Below are positions 1 to 13,268 of a stretch of 64,000 nucleotides of DNA, in pieces. The stretch spans positions 186,605,574-186,669,573 of the forward strand of contig NC_085841.1 of NCBI RefSeq assembly GCF_035594765.1, written 5' to 3'. Within the stretch, counting starts at the first letter, position 1; each line of letters starts with the position of its first letter. Source of the DNA: Anolis carolinensis. Taxonomy: Eukaryota. Both the position numbers and the translations under genes were made by a program. Below the pieces are notes generated by a model, which was given only the letters and a program-made list of their open reading frames with translations, did no database searches and was not told the origin of the DNA.

Positions 1-545
1 ATATATAGTTTGTGTTTCACAGGGATGAACCCATAGCTTTCCATGGGTAAAAAAGTGGTGTGAGACATCTCATCTCTCCCCTCTCTCATGAGAGGACCGT
101 GGTGGGATTTGTTCTGTGTGACTTCACTGGGGGCGTAGAAGACACTGAGACAGAGCAAAGGAGAGAACAAGTGGGGGGAAGAATGGGAAAAATTGTCAGG
201 ACAAAATGGGGCTCATGCACGTGGCACATTTGGGATATGTTTGGGGATGGTGAGTTGGAAGGGATCACTGAACTCACACAAATAGAGTCTCTTTATAGAA
301 ATTCCTGTTATATAAGGAATTTGATCATCTATTTTTTTTTTTTGTAATCCCCAAGAGGTTGGATCCTGGAACCAACCCTCTACAGACATGAGGGACCAAC
401 TCTACTGTACTTCAAAATCTACCTGGCCCCCTATGTATTTCTGATCTCTGTTGAAGGTGGTGGCTTCAGTCTCTAAAGCTTGGGCCCAGGATACTCATTT
501 ACTTTTCAGTGATGGCACTGGATTAGTGGGATGCTCTCTTCAGCA

Positions 546-1320
546 TATGGACAGTCCCCCAGTTATGAACAAGATAGGCTCTGTAGGGTTTTTTTTTCTT
601 AAATTGAATTTGTATGTAAGTTAGAACAGCTACATTTTTAAATTGCAACTCCAGTCAGAAATATCTATATTTTAGCTTTGGGTAGCATAGGAAATAAGGA
701 GCCCCCGGTGGCAAAGTGTATTAAAGCACTGAGCTGCTGAACTTGCAGAATGAAAGGTCGCAGGTTCAAATCCCGGGAGCCGAGTGAGTGCCCACTGTTA
801 GCTCCAGCTTCTGCCAACCTAACAGTTCGAAAACATGCAAATGTGAGTAGATCAATAGGTACCGCTCCAGCGGGAAGGTAACGGCGCTCCATGCAGTCAT
901 GCTGGCCACATGACCTTGGAGGCGTCTACGGACAACGCCGGCGCTTAGGCTTAGAAATTGAGATGAGCACCAACCCCCAGAGTCAGACATGACTGGACTT
1001 AACGTCAGGGGAAACCTTTACCTTTAGCATAGGAAAGGGTTAACACCCCTATGGTGTTTGTTTTGCACTCTATAGCTCTGTTCAGAAGATTTCACCTCAC
1101 TTTCTGTCTCTGTGATTATTGGAATTTGAAAAGTTTGGCTTGTTGTAGAAACAAGGTTTGGTGAGAAAGCTTCAGTTAAGACACCTTTTCATCATGATAA
1201 CTCTTTCAGGAGTGAAATTTCCTTCCTAGGGTAGATTTCTCTCACTTCCTGTTGTCTCACTCTTGTTCTTAACTATGAGTCATTTGTAAGTCAGATGTTT
1301 GTAACTTGAGGACTGCCTGT
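546..1320. mobile_element. Tc1/mariner-type non-autonomous DNA transposon, interrupted by a Sauria SINE
   Basis: Degenerate TIRs CAGTCCCCCAGTTA / TAACTTGAGGACTGCCTG; body matches the inverted copies at 31466-32513 and 45727-46123. Confidence 0.75.
698..1024 (+). mobile_element. Sauria SINE, full length
   Basis: tRNA-like head GGAGCCCCCGGTGG, B-box GGTTCAAATCC, (ACCTTT)n tail; 12-bp TSD TAGCATAGGAAA (683-694 / 1025-1036). Confidence 0.95.
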
Positions 1321-2425
1321 TCTTGGCATCTACATTATGGTCTTTCAAATGCCAGGTGACAACTTTTCTGGGTTCTCCCACATGTCTTAAATTCTTTTAC
1401 ACCTTTGGAGTGTTATTCTGCTGCTGGTTTTGATTTCTTTTTCTATGGTGTAATATTTTATGTTCTACTTTTTGTCTTATCATCATTTTAAATCCTGCTT
1501 CTTTAGCCAATACGATAATGTATTAGCATTGCATTTTCTATTTTTAACCTAACTGTACACTTCCCAGAGAACTTTGGCTAATGGAAGGTTGAATGGAGAA
1601 TGAATGAAAAAGTGAATGAATGAATGAATGTGTAAAGAAGAGCCAAAACGCACCCCACTTATATTTTTGAATAACTTCCCAGAATTCCATCAGGACATTC
1701 TCTGCTGATACTCAGAAGCTGCTTTAACATCCACCATAGGAAGGTGAATTTTAAGTCTGCTGTGCCTCTAAATAAGGCTGTCACTGATTGTTTTTAATCT
1801 TTGCTTTTTCTTGAGTGGGTGTATATATCTTCATGTTTCACTCTTTCTTTTGATGGATTATGATTGTTTAAATTATGTAGTGATCTACCTTGAGTGCAAG
1901 AGATGTCAGATGGAAACAATAAGGAGTATGTATATCTGAGGTTAGAGAACTCAGTCATAATCATTTATTTACACAATTATTTTAAGCTCATCTTTCAGCC
2001 CTCCAGCACTCTGAAAAACTATTTGTCTGTGTCTGCCCTAAGTATGTTAAAAGATTTGTTTTTTGGAGAGAGAGAAAATTACCATGGACAGTGTAAGATT
2101 TCTTGTTGCTTCATGTACAATTACATTTCCTACTCACTACACCCAAATTAAAGTGCCAGACATGCAATTTTGATAACTGTGGGGAGAAAAATCTAACACA
2201 TATCTCTACCTGACAGTAGGGTCTGTTTGCTACATTGTCTATTTAGTTAAGTATGCATAACTAAAGGTGCATCTGCAGTTAAAATTAATGCAGTTTTACA
2301 CAACTTTATGGTATTATGGGAGTTGTAATTTGGTGAGACACCAGTACTCTTTGGCAAAGAAGGTTAAAAACCTCATAAACCTATCTTGTTGACCTAAGTA
2401 AAGTCTTCTGATTCAATGAGAAATG

Positions 2426-2576
2426 ACACTCTTCCAAACAGGTCCTATATCCCGGGGTCTGATCCCAGGTTTTCTTCTTTAAACTGGGTTATATGAGTCC
2501 TCACTGCTAGATAATCTGGGATAAACAGAAAACCTGGAATCAGATCCTAGGATATAGGGCCTGTCTAGAAGGGTTC
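2426..2576. mobile_element. Palindromic PIF/Harbinger-like MITE
   Basis: Long inverted arms (CCTATATCCC..GATCCCAG / CTGGAATCAGATCCTAGGATATAGG); same family as 21415-21565. Confidence 0.7.
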
Positions 2577-3163
2577 ATAGAGGTCTGTTCAGTGTGAGAC
2601 TGGGCTGCAGGAGGAGCCATCACTCTTATCTGTGAGCAAGACTGTGAGAAGGCACCAAAAGAGGTGTCCAGCTTCTGATTGACACAGCCTTACTCATTGG
2701 TGGAAAGGGGGGGGGGGAAATGTCACCCTCTCACACCCCGGTCACCAGCTGAAGAGACCTACAGGTTCTGATGCAGCTGCTTAGTAGTTTTTGGAGTGCA
2801 TTTACAATCACGATGACCATGATTATATAGTGTTAGTGAATACAGAGCAGTAATGGATCCATAACTCTAGTTTATGAATCCATAACTGCAATATAGTATG
2901 CCAGTCAAAATAAATCTGCTGCCTAGCTTGGCTTAGTGCTGTTTCAGCCTTGTAAAGTTCACAAAATGAGAAGGCTGTAAAGAGTTAGAGAAGAAATCTC
3001 ACAATGATGATCATCTTGTAGGTATCTCTACCACTCATTTAACACCACTCTGGCCATGTAGCACTTTCACAGTAGACCTAGTCACTGGGAAAGCAACACC
3101 ATTGTCCCAGAAACAACACATATTTCTGGGGAAACCAATATCCATCCATACTAAAAAGAACCC

Positions 3164-3294
3164 NNNNNNNNNNNNNNNNNNNNNNNNNNNNNNNNNNNNN
3201 NNNNNNNNNNNNNNNNNNNNNNNNNNNNNNNNNNNNNNNNNNNNNNNNNNNNNNNNNNNNNNNNNNNNNNNNNNNNNNNNNNNNNNNNNNNNNN
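3164..3294. other. Assembly gap (131 N)
   Basis: Run of N. Confidence 1.
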
Positions 3295-3732
3295 AGGCTG
3301 GTTAGCAGCCTGCTGCAATAAATCACTCTGACTACAAGGCCAGCCCGTGTCGGGATGAGCACCCGACAATTAAAAATAAAATATAGCCCCTGCTCATTGC
3401 TGACCTAAGAAACCCGAAAGATAGTTGCATCTATCAAGTAGGAAATTTAGGTACCACTTATATGTGGGAAGGCTAATTTACGACACCATAAAAATCATCC
3501 AGCCGCCGTTGAAATGAGGAAGTTGCCATCACAGTGGATGATGAAGCAGCTGCTCCCCCTGTGGCCGAAATCAAGCATACCCTCAGGAAGCTGGAGAAGG
3601 TTTAAATTGCCTCTGCGTCTGTCTCTGTCTCTGTTCTATGTTATATGGCATTGAATGTTTGCCTTATATGTCTACAATGTGATCCGCCCTGCATCCCCTT
3701 TGGGGTGAGAAGGGCAGAATATAAATACTGTA
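3295..3732 (+). mobile_element. SINE with L2-type 3' tail (Anolis SINE2-like); head lost in the gap
   Basis: 3' end GGCATTGAATGTTTGCC...GATCCGCCCTG..CCCC..GGGGTGAGAAGGGCAGAATATAAAT is shared with L2 tails elsewhere in the window. Confidence 0.6.
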
Positions 3733-3740
3733 TATATATA

Positions 3741-4157
3741 CCCTGTTTCCCCTAAAATAAGACATCCCCAAAAAATAAGACCTAGTAGAGGTTTTGCTGA
3801 ATTGCTAAATATAAGGCCTCCCCCAAAAGTAAGACCTAGCAAAGTTTTTGTTTGGAAGCATGCCCAACAAACAGAACACCAGAGCATGCAGGATTGGTAA
3901 ATGTATGTACCATAAAGTGTTGTATATGGAAATATTGGTAGTAACAAGAAATTCTTGATAGGATTCACAGTTTGCCTGGTTATGCTGGTTTATGATGACA
4001 ACTACTGTGCAGTATATAATAAATGTTCATTTTTTGTTCAACAATAAATATGAATTCTTCTTCATGGAAAAATAAGACATCCCTGAAAATAAGACCTAGC
4101 GCATCTTTGGGAGCAAAAATTAATATAAGACACTGTCTTATTTTCGGGGAAACACGG
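3741..4157. mobile_element. Tc1/mariner (pogo-like) MITE
   Basis: TIRs CCCTGTTTCCCCTAAAATAAGACA / TGTCTTATTTTCGGGGAAACACGG, TA flanks, repeated AAATAAGAC subterminal motifs. Confidence 0.9.
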
Positions 4158-4509
4158 TATGTGTGTATGTGTGTGTGTTAAGCCATCAAAGTAGCTTATT
4201 GGTTTAAACTGGAAAAAGGATAGATATCAGCCACCAGTGAACAAAGACGATGAAGATTCAATATTTGGTAGGGTTAGAACACCTGGCATACTCACTGAGT
4301 CACTCAGGTAGAGAAAGAAAGGGTAAGGGTAAGCAATGTTCCCCACTTCCACAGCAATTCATAGTCACTCATTTGGGTGGGACTTGATCACATAGGGGAA
4401 GGAAGCAAGATAATACTTACGCTTTCTGGCTCAGTCAGTTACTCACCGATATCCATTTGCAGTAATGATAAGAATACTAAGAATAAGTCCTGTGTGTCAT
4501 CTGTTAGAG

Positions 4510-4645
4510 CAGTGGTTTTCAACCTGAGGTTCCCAGATGTTTTTGGCCTTCAACTCCCAGAAATCCTAACAGCTTAGTAAACTGTCTAAGATTTTTGGGA
4601 ATTACAGGCCAAAAACATCTGGGAACCCCAGGTTGGGAACCACTG
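4510..4645. mobile_element. hAT MITE
   Basis: TIR CAGTGGTTTTCAACCT / AGGTTGGGAACCACTG; perfect 8-bp TSD TGTTAGAG. Confidence 0.92.
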
Positions 4646-6225
4646 TGTTAGAGCTTCCCTGCCTCTATGTCAAGACAAAGAATGTCTGCAAAATGATAAT
4701 GATGGAAGGAACACTATTAGGGCTAGGTTAACTGCCCAGGTAGGTACATGCGACATGGTAGCAAATGGTAGTGCAGTTGGGTAGTACAAGAGTAGTTACT
4801 GGATGGGGTGAAGGAATGGTGTGGCAGCTTGTAACAATTAAATGTAATGCTAAAGAAAGTCAATCTGGTTCAGGAGAATGCAGAGTGGAGCTGAATTATT
4901 TAAATAGTCTAGGTCAGGACTTTTTTTCAACATTACCAAGTTGATCTGATAATCCCACATTTACTGGCTAATCCACCTGCAGCCTTCTGTTCCTATCCAT
5001 TCATATTTTTGTCTGTCTTAGATGATGTCCCAAAAGAAATAAAGAGAAAGTAAAAGTTCTCTCAGGGGACGACACGCCAGAACATCTCTGCAGGGTGTTC
5101 AGCGGGAGCCTCCTGCAAATTCAAGCCATTAACATGACAGCACATCTGATCTCGACAGTGCAGAACCGCTGTCATCTCTTGCTTCCCTTGGCCCACCTGG
5201 GAACAGTTGCTTTTAAATGGCAGCAGCCGACGCCTGGTGCATCAGGATTCAAAGCTTAGCAGGCCGTGCTCTTTGCAGGGGCTGCAGAAATCTAAGTGCC
5301 CCGACTAAAATAGAACAGAGAGATAAATTGCACAGCCTTGGCCAAATGGCACATGCCTTTAATTCCAAATATGAGCTGCTGAAACTTGCAGATGTCATTA
5401 GTCGAAAGTGGAAACAGGACATACATCAGCCTCCAGCTATCAAAGATTATGTGGATTCAACATGAAAAAACACCTCCTGGGCTTAGAACAGATCAAAATT
5501 CAGGCCATAGGCTAGAAGAGGAGGATTAATTTACCACAGTGGAGTAGGGACGGGGGTGGGGAGGGGGGAGTTCATTGTTGTTCAGGCATCCTGTTAGTGA
5601 TATAACACCGGTGTAAATTGTGTGACACGTGAAGAGTGATACATATTGTTTTGGACAATATGGAATAGTTATATCCAGCTGACAACAGCATAACTGGAAT
5701 TCACTTGTATCACAATAAAGTACACAGTAATGTCTGAATAGGCATTGCCTCGATACATTACTTTTGTTCATTCTGCATTGTAATTGTCTGTCATGCCTAT
5801 TGACCACTGATCGTCATATCTTATGCTACAATGGTAATCTTTGTAGGGGTTCTATAAAACAATTCTGTCAGCAGATATTCACTCTACGCAGAAGAAAAGA
5901 CTGATTCGAATTTACCCAAATTTCTATAAATTCAGTCAGAATGAATTTGTAACTTTACGTCTTCAAATGCAGGGAAGATAAGCCTGACAGATTAATCTAC
6001 TCATGCTCAGATTTTTGGGTATTAATTGAGCACTCAACTTAAATGTTTGACTTGCAATCTTTATGGTTGTTCTGCCTAACTAGGGCTTCTTTCAGCCTGG
6101 ACCAGAATCCTGTTCATGACATATGTGTGCAACATCCCAACTCCTTTCTTACATGGGGAAGGGAGCTACTGCTGATGCTTACTGGTGGAGAGGAGAGAGA
6201 GAAGGTGGATACACTTGCTCTAAGC

Positions 6226-6360
6226 CAGTGGTTCTCAACCTGTGGGCCCCCCGATGTTTTGATCTTCAAATCCCAGAAATCCTAACAGCTGGTAAACTGG
6301 CTAGGATTTCTGGGAGATGTAGGTCAAAACACCTGGGGACCCACAAGTTGAAAACCACTG
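6226..6360. mobile_element. hAT MITE (same family as 4510-4645)
   Basis: TIR CAGTGGTTCTCAAC / GTTGAAAACCACTG; degenerate TSD CTCTAAGC/TTCTAAGG. Confidence 0.88.
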
Positions 6361-6616
6361 TTCTAAGGGGAAGTTGTAGAAAAAGGTACACACCATCAGT
6401 GAATATCCTTCCCCTTCCTTTCTTTGAGATAAGCCAGTTCACCAACATTTGAATGGCCTCCCCATAGTCTATCCCCCCATTGCCAAGCAAAAGCCTTTCC
6501 TGAAGCTTTGAGACTAGATGGGGGAATAGAGTGGTAGGAGATTTTGGACAGAACACAAAAGGTTCCTGTTATTCCTTATGCACAAATTCCAAATATGTGG
6601 GAGGTAGGCAAGAACT

Positions 6617-6779
6617 TCCGGCAGGAAGGTAATGGCGTTCCACGCAGTCATGCCGGCCACATAACCTTGGAGGTGTCTATGGACAACACCAGCTCTTTGG
6701 TTTAGACATGGAGATGAGCACCAACCCCCAGAGTCGGACACGACTGGACTTAACGTCAGGGGAAACTGTTACCTTTACC
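6617..6779 (+). mobile_element. Sauria SINE, 5'-truncated
   Basis: 3' half with ACCTTT tail; 12-bp TSD TAGGCAAGAACT (6605-6616 / 6780-6791). Confidence 0.93.
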
Positions 6780-7284
6780 TAGGCAAGAACTGTGTGAGCA
6801 GAATAACACACCGTCTTTTTGATGGTAAGATTTCGGGCTGGGGTCATGATCAATTCAGATGCCACCTCAACCAGATCTGAGGATCTGTTAAACTAAAAAG
6901 AAGTCACAGATGTCATTATAATTGTTTATTGATTACACAGAGATATTTCAATGAATGCAGCAATAAGACTTGAAAGTAAATATAATTCTTATCCCTTCAG
7001 CTGATGGATATTACCCTTCTACACGGCTTCATCACACACTTTATAATGAACAGCATGCTCACTGGTGGACTGAGTTCCAGGGCAGACTACAGCAGAATGC
7101 ACCCTCCAAAGCAGACCACTGACTTGACATCATTCCAATCTCCAAGTATTTTTTCTCCCTCATTCTGAAAAGTGCTGGCAGTTTCATGGGACTATTCTTA
7201 AATACTTAAGTACTATTTCTTAAATATTCCGTAGCACACCATTCTGATCCAAAAGGTATATGCCACTTGGTTATAGTTAGAGTA

Positions 7285-7614
7285 GGCGCTCCTGATGGCA
7301 CAGCGGGTTAAATCACTGAGCTGCTGAACTTGCTGATCGAAAGGTAAGCGATTCGAATCCTGGGAGCAGGGTGAGATCCCGCTGTTAGCCCCATCTTCTG
7401 CCAACCTAGCAGTTCAAAAACATGCAAATGTGAGTAGATCAATAGGTACTGCTCTGGCAAGAAGGTAATGGCGCTCCATGCAGTCATGCCAGCCACATGA
7501 CTGTGGTGTCTATGGACAACGCCGGTTTTTCGGCTTAGAAATGGAGATGAGCACCAACCCCCAGAGTCGGACACAACTAGACTCAATGTCAGGGGAAAAC
7601 CTTTACCTTTACCT
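7285..7614 (+). mobile_element. Sauria SINE, full length
   Basis: Head, B-box GATTCGAATCC, body and (ACCTTT)n tail. Confidence 0.93.
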
Positions 7615-9060
7615 ACCTAATAGAGTGAAAATTGGGGTCTAGGGTGGAAAAGAATTTGACTAATCAGAGCAAAAGTAGAGGCAGGTAATCCAGTGTTTAT
7701 TGTTTTAGACTAAAACATCATTGTTCCTTAGAAATATCGATAGGGCATAAGGAGATTAAGGAGAGTAACCCAATTTTGTTAAAATATAGCATGCTCTCAA
7801 ATATATTTCTGTATGCTTGGAGCTTACACAACATTACATTTCAGGCGGCCCCTATAGCTCAGTGCCTCTAAGCACAAAAGATTCAGAGCTCCTTTTAACT
7901 ATGCGGTTCTTGATGCTGAGATTTCTGTTAGATAGAATTATCAATGGAGATGCCTGAGGCAATGCCTCTCAAAGGTCTAACCAAGACAGCTGAAGGCTGA
8001 TAACATGCTGTTGATGTTTTATTGGGAGGTGAGATGGCCAAAGGAAACACAAATGATGGTCAAAGATGGCCCGTTTTTCCCCATTCCCTGTAGACAGATC
8101 TTGAAGGGGCTTACCTTTCTCTTTCCCCCTCCTTAAGAAAGGTATTAAGTCAGAGGTCTCTGGAAACAACAGAAGCCAGCTCAGTCTCTCATTTGGCACA
8201 GACTATGCTAGGAGTGAGACTACAAAGAAGGGAGAGCTGGCTTTGCTCTCTGCAGGAAGTCTTGTGGCACTCTGAGTTCCCCTAGACAGCTGATGGGAAG
8301 CAGGAATCTGTTGGAGTGTGGCTGCCATTAACCTTAACCTGCCTATATGTGCCAATCAACCTTCTACTGCAGAAATCCCATTATATCTCTTGTGATCTGC
8401 TTCTTAGGGAACTGACCCCTGAGCTAGCATGGGGAGTTTCTAGGAAACTCCTCACCACTTGGATGTCAGTCTCAGAGCAGACTGTGGGCCTTGTTCAAGC
8501 AGGAATGAAGGTCCTTGAGCTGAATGCAGCTCTACTGGGCTTCCCATCTGTCCATCTCAGAATTTTTGAGATGGCCATGCGCTCATAACACTGTCATTTG
8601 GGATGTTCTCAAAACCTTTATCCTTCTAAAGGGTTGGAACCTTCAGACAAGTGTTTTAAACTAGCAATGACGGTATTTTAGGTTTTAGCTGACATATCCT
8701 CTCCCACTGGCAAGGCTCCTGAAATTCAAATTTTAAAGTCCCCAACCCTCACTGTAAAGTTTCTCTTCTGTAAGACAACCCCGCTCCCATTAAAACCAGA
8801 ATAGTGCCCCATAGCACTGAGGGAAGCAGAAGGAGGGGGAAGGAATGATGGAACATGGAAGGAAGAATGGTTGTGACAGCAGAAATGGGTAGGTTGCCTG
8901 TAAGCAAATCTGTAGAGGCTTATTCACACATAGTTATAGTGCTATGATTCCACTGTAACTGGCCTGGCTCCACCCAATGAAATCCTGGAATTAGCAGTTG
9001 AAAAGAGTAGGACTTTCAAATCCTCAGCCAAAGAATGATCTTTGGGTGTCTCTAAACAAA

Positions 9061-9348
9061 CCGACTCTGGGGGTTGGTGCTCATCTCCATTTCTAAGTTG
9101 AAGAGCCAGTGTTGTCCATAGACAACTCCAAGGTCATGTGGCCGGCATGGCTGCATGGAGTGCCGTTACATTCCCACCAAAACGGTACATATTCATCTAC
9201 TCACATTTGCATGTTTTCAAACTGCTAGGTTGGCAGGAGCTGGGACTAACAGCGGGTGCTCATTCCGCTGCCGGGATTTGAACCTGGGACCTTTTGGTCC
9301 GCAAGTTCAGCAGCTCAGCACTTTAACACACTGTGCCACCAGGGGCCC
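9061..9348 (-). mobile_element. Sauria SINE lacking its 3' tail
   Basis: Head intact at 9348; ends at ...AGAGTCGG; flanked by AAACAAAC repeats. Confidence 0.9.
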
Positions 9349-10964
9349 AAACAAACTCTATGGTCCATAATTGTACAGGATGCAGTCATGGATTGATAAC
9401 AGTATAATAGGACCCTGGCTTTGCCCTTCCCCCTCCCCAATTCTACTCCATACCAAAATTGCAGGGATTGATGCATTCGTATTGAAACTCAGGAAAGGTC
9501 TTTAGCCCCCATTAAGCCAAAAACCAAGGTTGCTGCAGTGCAGATTAAACTGCTATTCCTTCACCAGAGCTACTTTTAAGTCTTGTTTGTTTTTACCCAA
9601 GGACTTGAGAAGTGGTGAGGGTACATTCATCTAGGAACGCAACTTTTCCTAAGAGAGATGTACGCATCAATTTAAAAAATGCAGTCCTTGAGCTGCGTTT
9701 TTTAAAAGCAATACGGGAAGGAACTTAAAGGTATGAAGAGCAAAAGATTTAGCGGACCTGGCGGCCATAGATATATGCGAGGCAGTAAAATATCACACCT
9801 CCTTTAGGACTCAGCATAATCAAAGGGCAGGAAAGAAATAAACCCTTGACAAGAGGCTGAATATGAAAACCAAATGACTTAGCAATAAAGTGCCACTGTG
9901 CCATTCTGCAACCATCTTCCATACATCTTCCACTCTTGCACTCCCTTTTGAATCCTACTCAGCATGCAAGGCAGGTTTTCGTCTTTGCCACAGTGCCTGT
10001 TGGGCCACTCAGCTGCATAGTTGAAATTTTAATGCTGTGTAATGTGCCTTCTCAGGTCAGTATCCAGTTACTCCAAAATGAATGTTGGGCTACACTCAGG
10101 AGGTGCAAAAGTGCAAATATATCTTTGCAATCACCCAACATTATTTTGAGATGTTCACAGAAGGAATTAGTAGGTGACCAGTAAAGGACTGGAAGCTTCA
10201 GAAAGCTATTAAAAGAAAGACTACTTAAAACAGAAGGAAAAACCTTCTCTTCTGTTTAGCTTACCTGCAATTCTTAGTAACTATGCTGCATTTAAATTGA
10301 GATTCTGGAGGGCTCTTCCCCCAACAATGTGTGCATACGTGTAGGAAAGGCCTGAATGAAGAGTAAGGGCAAGCTGGGATCAGAAATTGAATTGGATGGA
10401 GATGCTGAAATGCTAAGAAGAGCACACTTTGCACTTGAGAATTCCCATTGTTTAGTCAAAGAGTCTGGCCAGCCACAAAATGCGAAGGGATGAACATGCA
10501 GCTGCATAAATGGAGCTGAAATACTCTGCCTGGTGATTCCTTAGAGTGAGATTTTACTTGATATAGATTTTTCACCTGGATTTAAGTACTTGCCAGAGTG
10601 AAGGACTTGAGTGGGTTTTGAATACGGGAAAGGATTTACTAAACAACCACCACCACCATTTCTCAACTGCCTCCCCCCCCCCCCCTAACTGAGGCAGGGA
10701 AGAACAGATCAGAGTATATACTTTTCGAATTGCTTTTGGCAGGATATTTCACGATTTGAAGGTTATTGATGAAAACATCTTTTGGTTAATAGTTGTCTCT
10801 GTCTTATTTGTTTAAACTTTTCTTTTGCTCAGGAGTGGAAATATGCAGTCCTCTAGATGTTTTCATCAGACCTATCCAGCATAGCTTATGATGAAGGATA
10901 AACAAAGGTGTAGTCCAAAAAACCTGTAGAGACATCTCTTTATTCTTTAGTATCCTGCCAGTTA

Positions 10965-11275
10965 AAGGTAAAGGTAAAGGTTTCCCCTGACGTTAAGTCC
11001 AGTCGTGACCGACTCTGGGGGTTGGTGCTCATCTCCATTTCTAAGCCTATGTTGTCCATAGACATTTCCAGGCCATGTGGCCGGCATGACTGCATGGAGC
11101 GCCGTTACCTTCCCACCGGAGCAGTACCTATTGATCTACTCACATTGGCATGTTTTCAAACTGCTAGGTTGGCAGAAGCTGGAGCTAACAGCAGCTGCTC
11201 CCGCCGTTCCCGGGGTTTGAACCTGGGACCTTTCGGTCTGTAAGTGCTTTAACACATTTCACCACCGGGGCTCCT
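10965..11275 (-). mobile_element. Sauria SINE
   Basis: (AAAGGT)n tail on + strand; 14-bp TSD TATCCTGCCAGTTA (10951-10964 / 11276-11289). Confidence 0.95.
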
Positions 11276-11450
11276 TATCCTGCCAGTTACAGAAGACAAT
11301 AACACCAGTGACTCAATTGGACTGTGACACCTTAACAGAATAGTTAGTGACCAAATTATTCTTTCAAAACAGAAAGCAACATCATTTTCATTCAACTTTC
11401 TGGAATGATTGAAAGGACTCATTCATTCTGGAAAACTGTATTCTAAGTGC

Positions 11451-12223
11451 TATACATACTCATGTGTAAGGAGATCTCATGCATAAGTTGAGTACATGTT
11501 TTGGGGGCAAAATTATGGCTCTTGATATGACTCATGGATGTCGATGGTTATTCCGTGGAGAGGGGAAACACCAATCCTGCCTTGGGGTCAGCTGCTTTGG
11601 TCCACCACCGGCATTCAAAAAGGCCAGAAGAAGTACCACAGCAGAGACATTGAGGTGGGGGGGGAGGGCTGGGCTTCTTTTAGGTTCTCCGAGGATGGAC
11701 TACGTTCTTGCCTTTCACCACTCTACTCAGGGAAGAGGTGGCAACTTTTCTTAACAAGTGTTAAGGTACAGTACCTACATCATCACATGGGTAAATTTAC
11801 CAATTGTATGACACTTTCACCACATTTCAGGGATGGAACCTACTGGATCCCATCAAATGACATATATCTAATTCCAGTGGGGCTCCATCCCTGAACTGTA
11901 AGAGGGAGCAACAAGAACATGAGAGGCATTCTGTGTTCTCATTGCCTACAACAGGGTGGGTGTGGGGGCGGGTGAGCCAGGCAGCAACACTTTTCCCCAT
12001 GGGATGTGGAAAGTATTGCTGCAAGCGATGCAGGGTGTAGGATGACGGATTGCCATGCTGCCCATCGGACTCGCTATGCTGCGTGGTGATATTCACCCTG
12101 CTGTAGCCCACATAGGGCAACTGAATTCGACGAAGTCCTTTGACTCATGCGTAATTCAACTCAGGTTTTTTTTGGGATTGACGTTTTTACAAAAATCTTT
12201 AGACTTATACATGTGTATAGAGT
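11451..12223. mobile_element. Old pogo/mariner-like non-autonomous element with a probable Harbinger-like insert (~11776-12138)
   Basis: Degenerate TIR ATACTCATGTGTAAG / CTTATACATGTGTAT; body homologous to 37152-38460 and 53522-53892. Confidence 0.6.
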
Positions 12224-12475
12224 AGGTAATGTGCAAATGTATCCATAATACAAACCCATCTAGTGGTTTTAGTCTAGGTTTTGCCCTTAGCAAATAACCT
12301 CTATAGATGGTTTAGCCATTTTCTTGTATAATAAAGTTAACATTTATCCATATGACCCTATACAAATCTACAAGTAATACATAAAAATATAGACAAGCTT
12401 GAGTGGCCACCTACTTTCTGCCACAAACAAGATGACACAAATCCTAACTAGCAAAAAGTGCAATAAACTATTCTA

Positions 12476-12810
12476 CAGGTTGAGTTCCCCTTGCCCAGAC
12501 CCAGAAGTGTTTTTGATTTAGGGTTTTTGAAAGAATTTGGAATACCTATATTTTGATTTACATACATAATGAGGTATTTTGGAGATGAGACCCAAGTCTA
12601 AACATTAATGTCTACCCTATACAGATTATATACCATATACTGATGGGATGAAGGTAATTTTAAACATTATTTTTTTAGTAAAAATTTACATGAAACAAAG
12701 TTTGTATACATTGAAAGCAAAGGTGTCACTTTCTCAGCCCCCAATGGGGACAATGTTGGATTCTGGAGTATTATAGATATTGGATTTCTAGATAAGGTAT
12801 GCTGAATGTA
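12476..12810. mobile_element. Old mariner/Tigger-like MITE
   Basis: TA-CAGGTTGAG start, degenerate GATAAGG..TGTA end. Confidence 0.5.
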
Positions 12811-12843
12811 TACTTTTTCTTGTCAGTGATAGTTACTTAGGGT

Positions 12844-13268
12844 CAGGCAAGTAGCCGGGGGGGGGGGGGCTTGAGGGGCTTGAGGGGCTTCAGCCCCCCC
12901 CCCCAAATTCTCAGGGTGGTCCGTGAGAAGGCCTTACATTTATTATTTAAACTGTTAGTAAAGCATTAAGTCCAATCATGTCTGACTCTGGGGGTTGGTG
13001 CTCATCTCCATTTCTAAGCCGAAGAGCCTGTGTTGTCCTTAGACACCTCCAAGGTCATGTGGCCGGCATGACTGCATATGTTTATATGTTATGTTTATTC
13101 ATATCATGATCTGATCACCATGCTCAATATATCCCATATGCATGGGGGTATTAGGATAACGATACAAAACATTTGCTAGGGTAGATCCTCTCTGACCCAG
13201 ACTCAGCCCCCCCCCCCCCAAACCAAAATCCCAGCCCACCCCGAATTAAAATCCTGGCTATAGGACTG
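12844..13268. mobile_element. hAT MITE with G/C homopolymer subterminal tracts
   Basis: TIR CAGGCAAGTAGCC / GGCTATAGGACTG; perfect 8-bp TSD CTTAGGGT. Confidence 0.85.
12957..13076 (-). mobile_element. Sauria SINE 3' fragment nested in the hAT MITE
   Basis: TTAAGTCC...GACTCTGGGGGTTGGTGCTCATC...GGCATGACTGCA. Confidence 0.85.

Noticed and set aside
698-780. tRNA gene
   Set aside because: SINE head with A/B boxes that continues into the Sauria body
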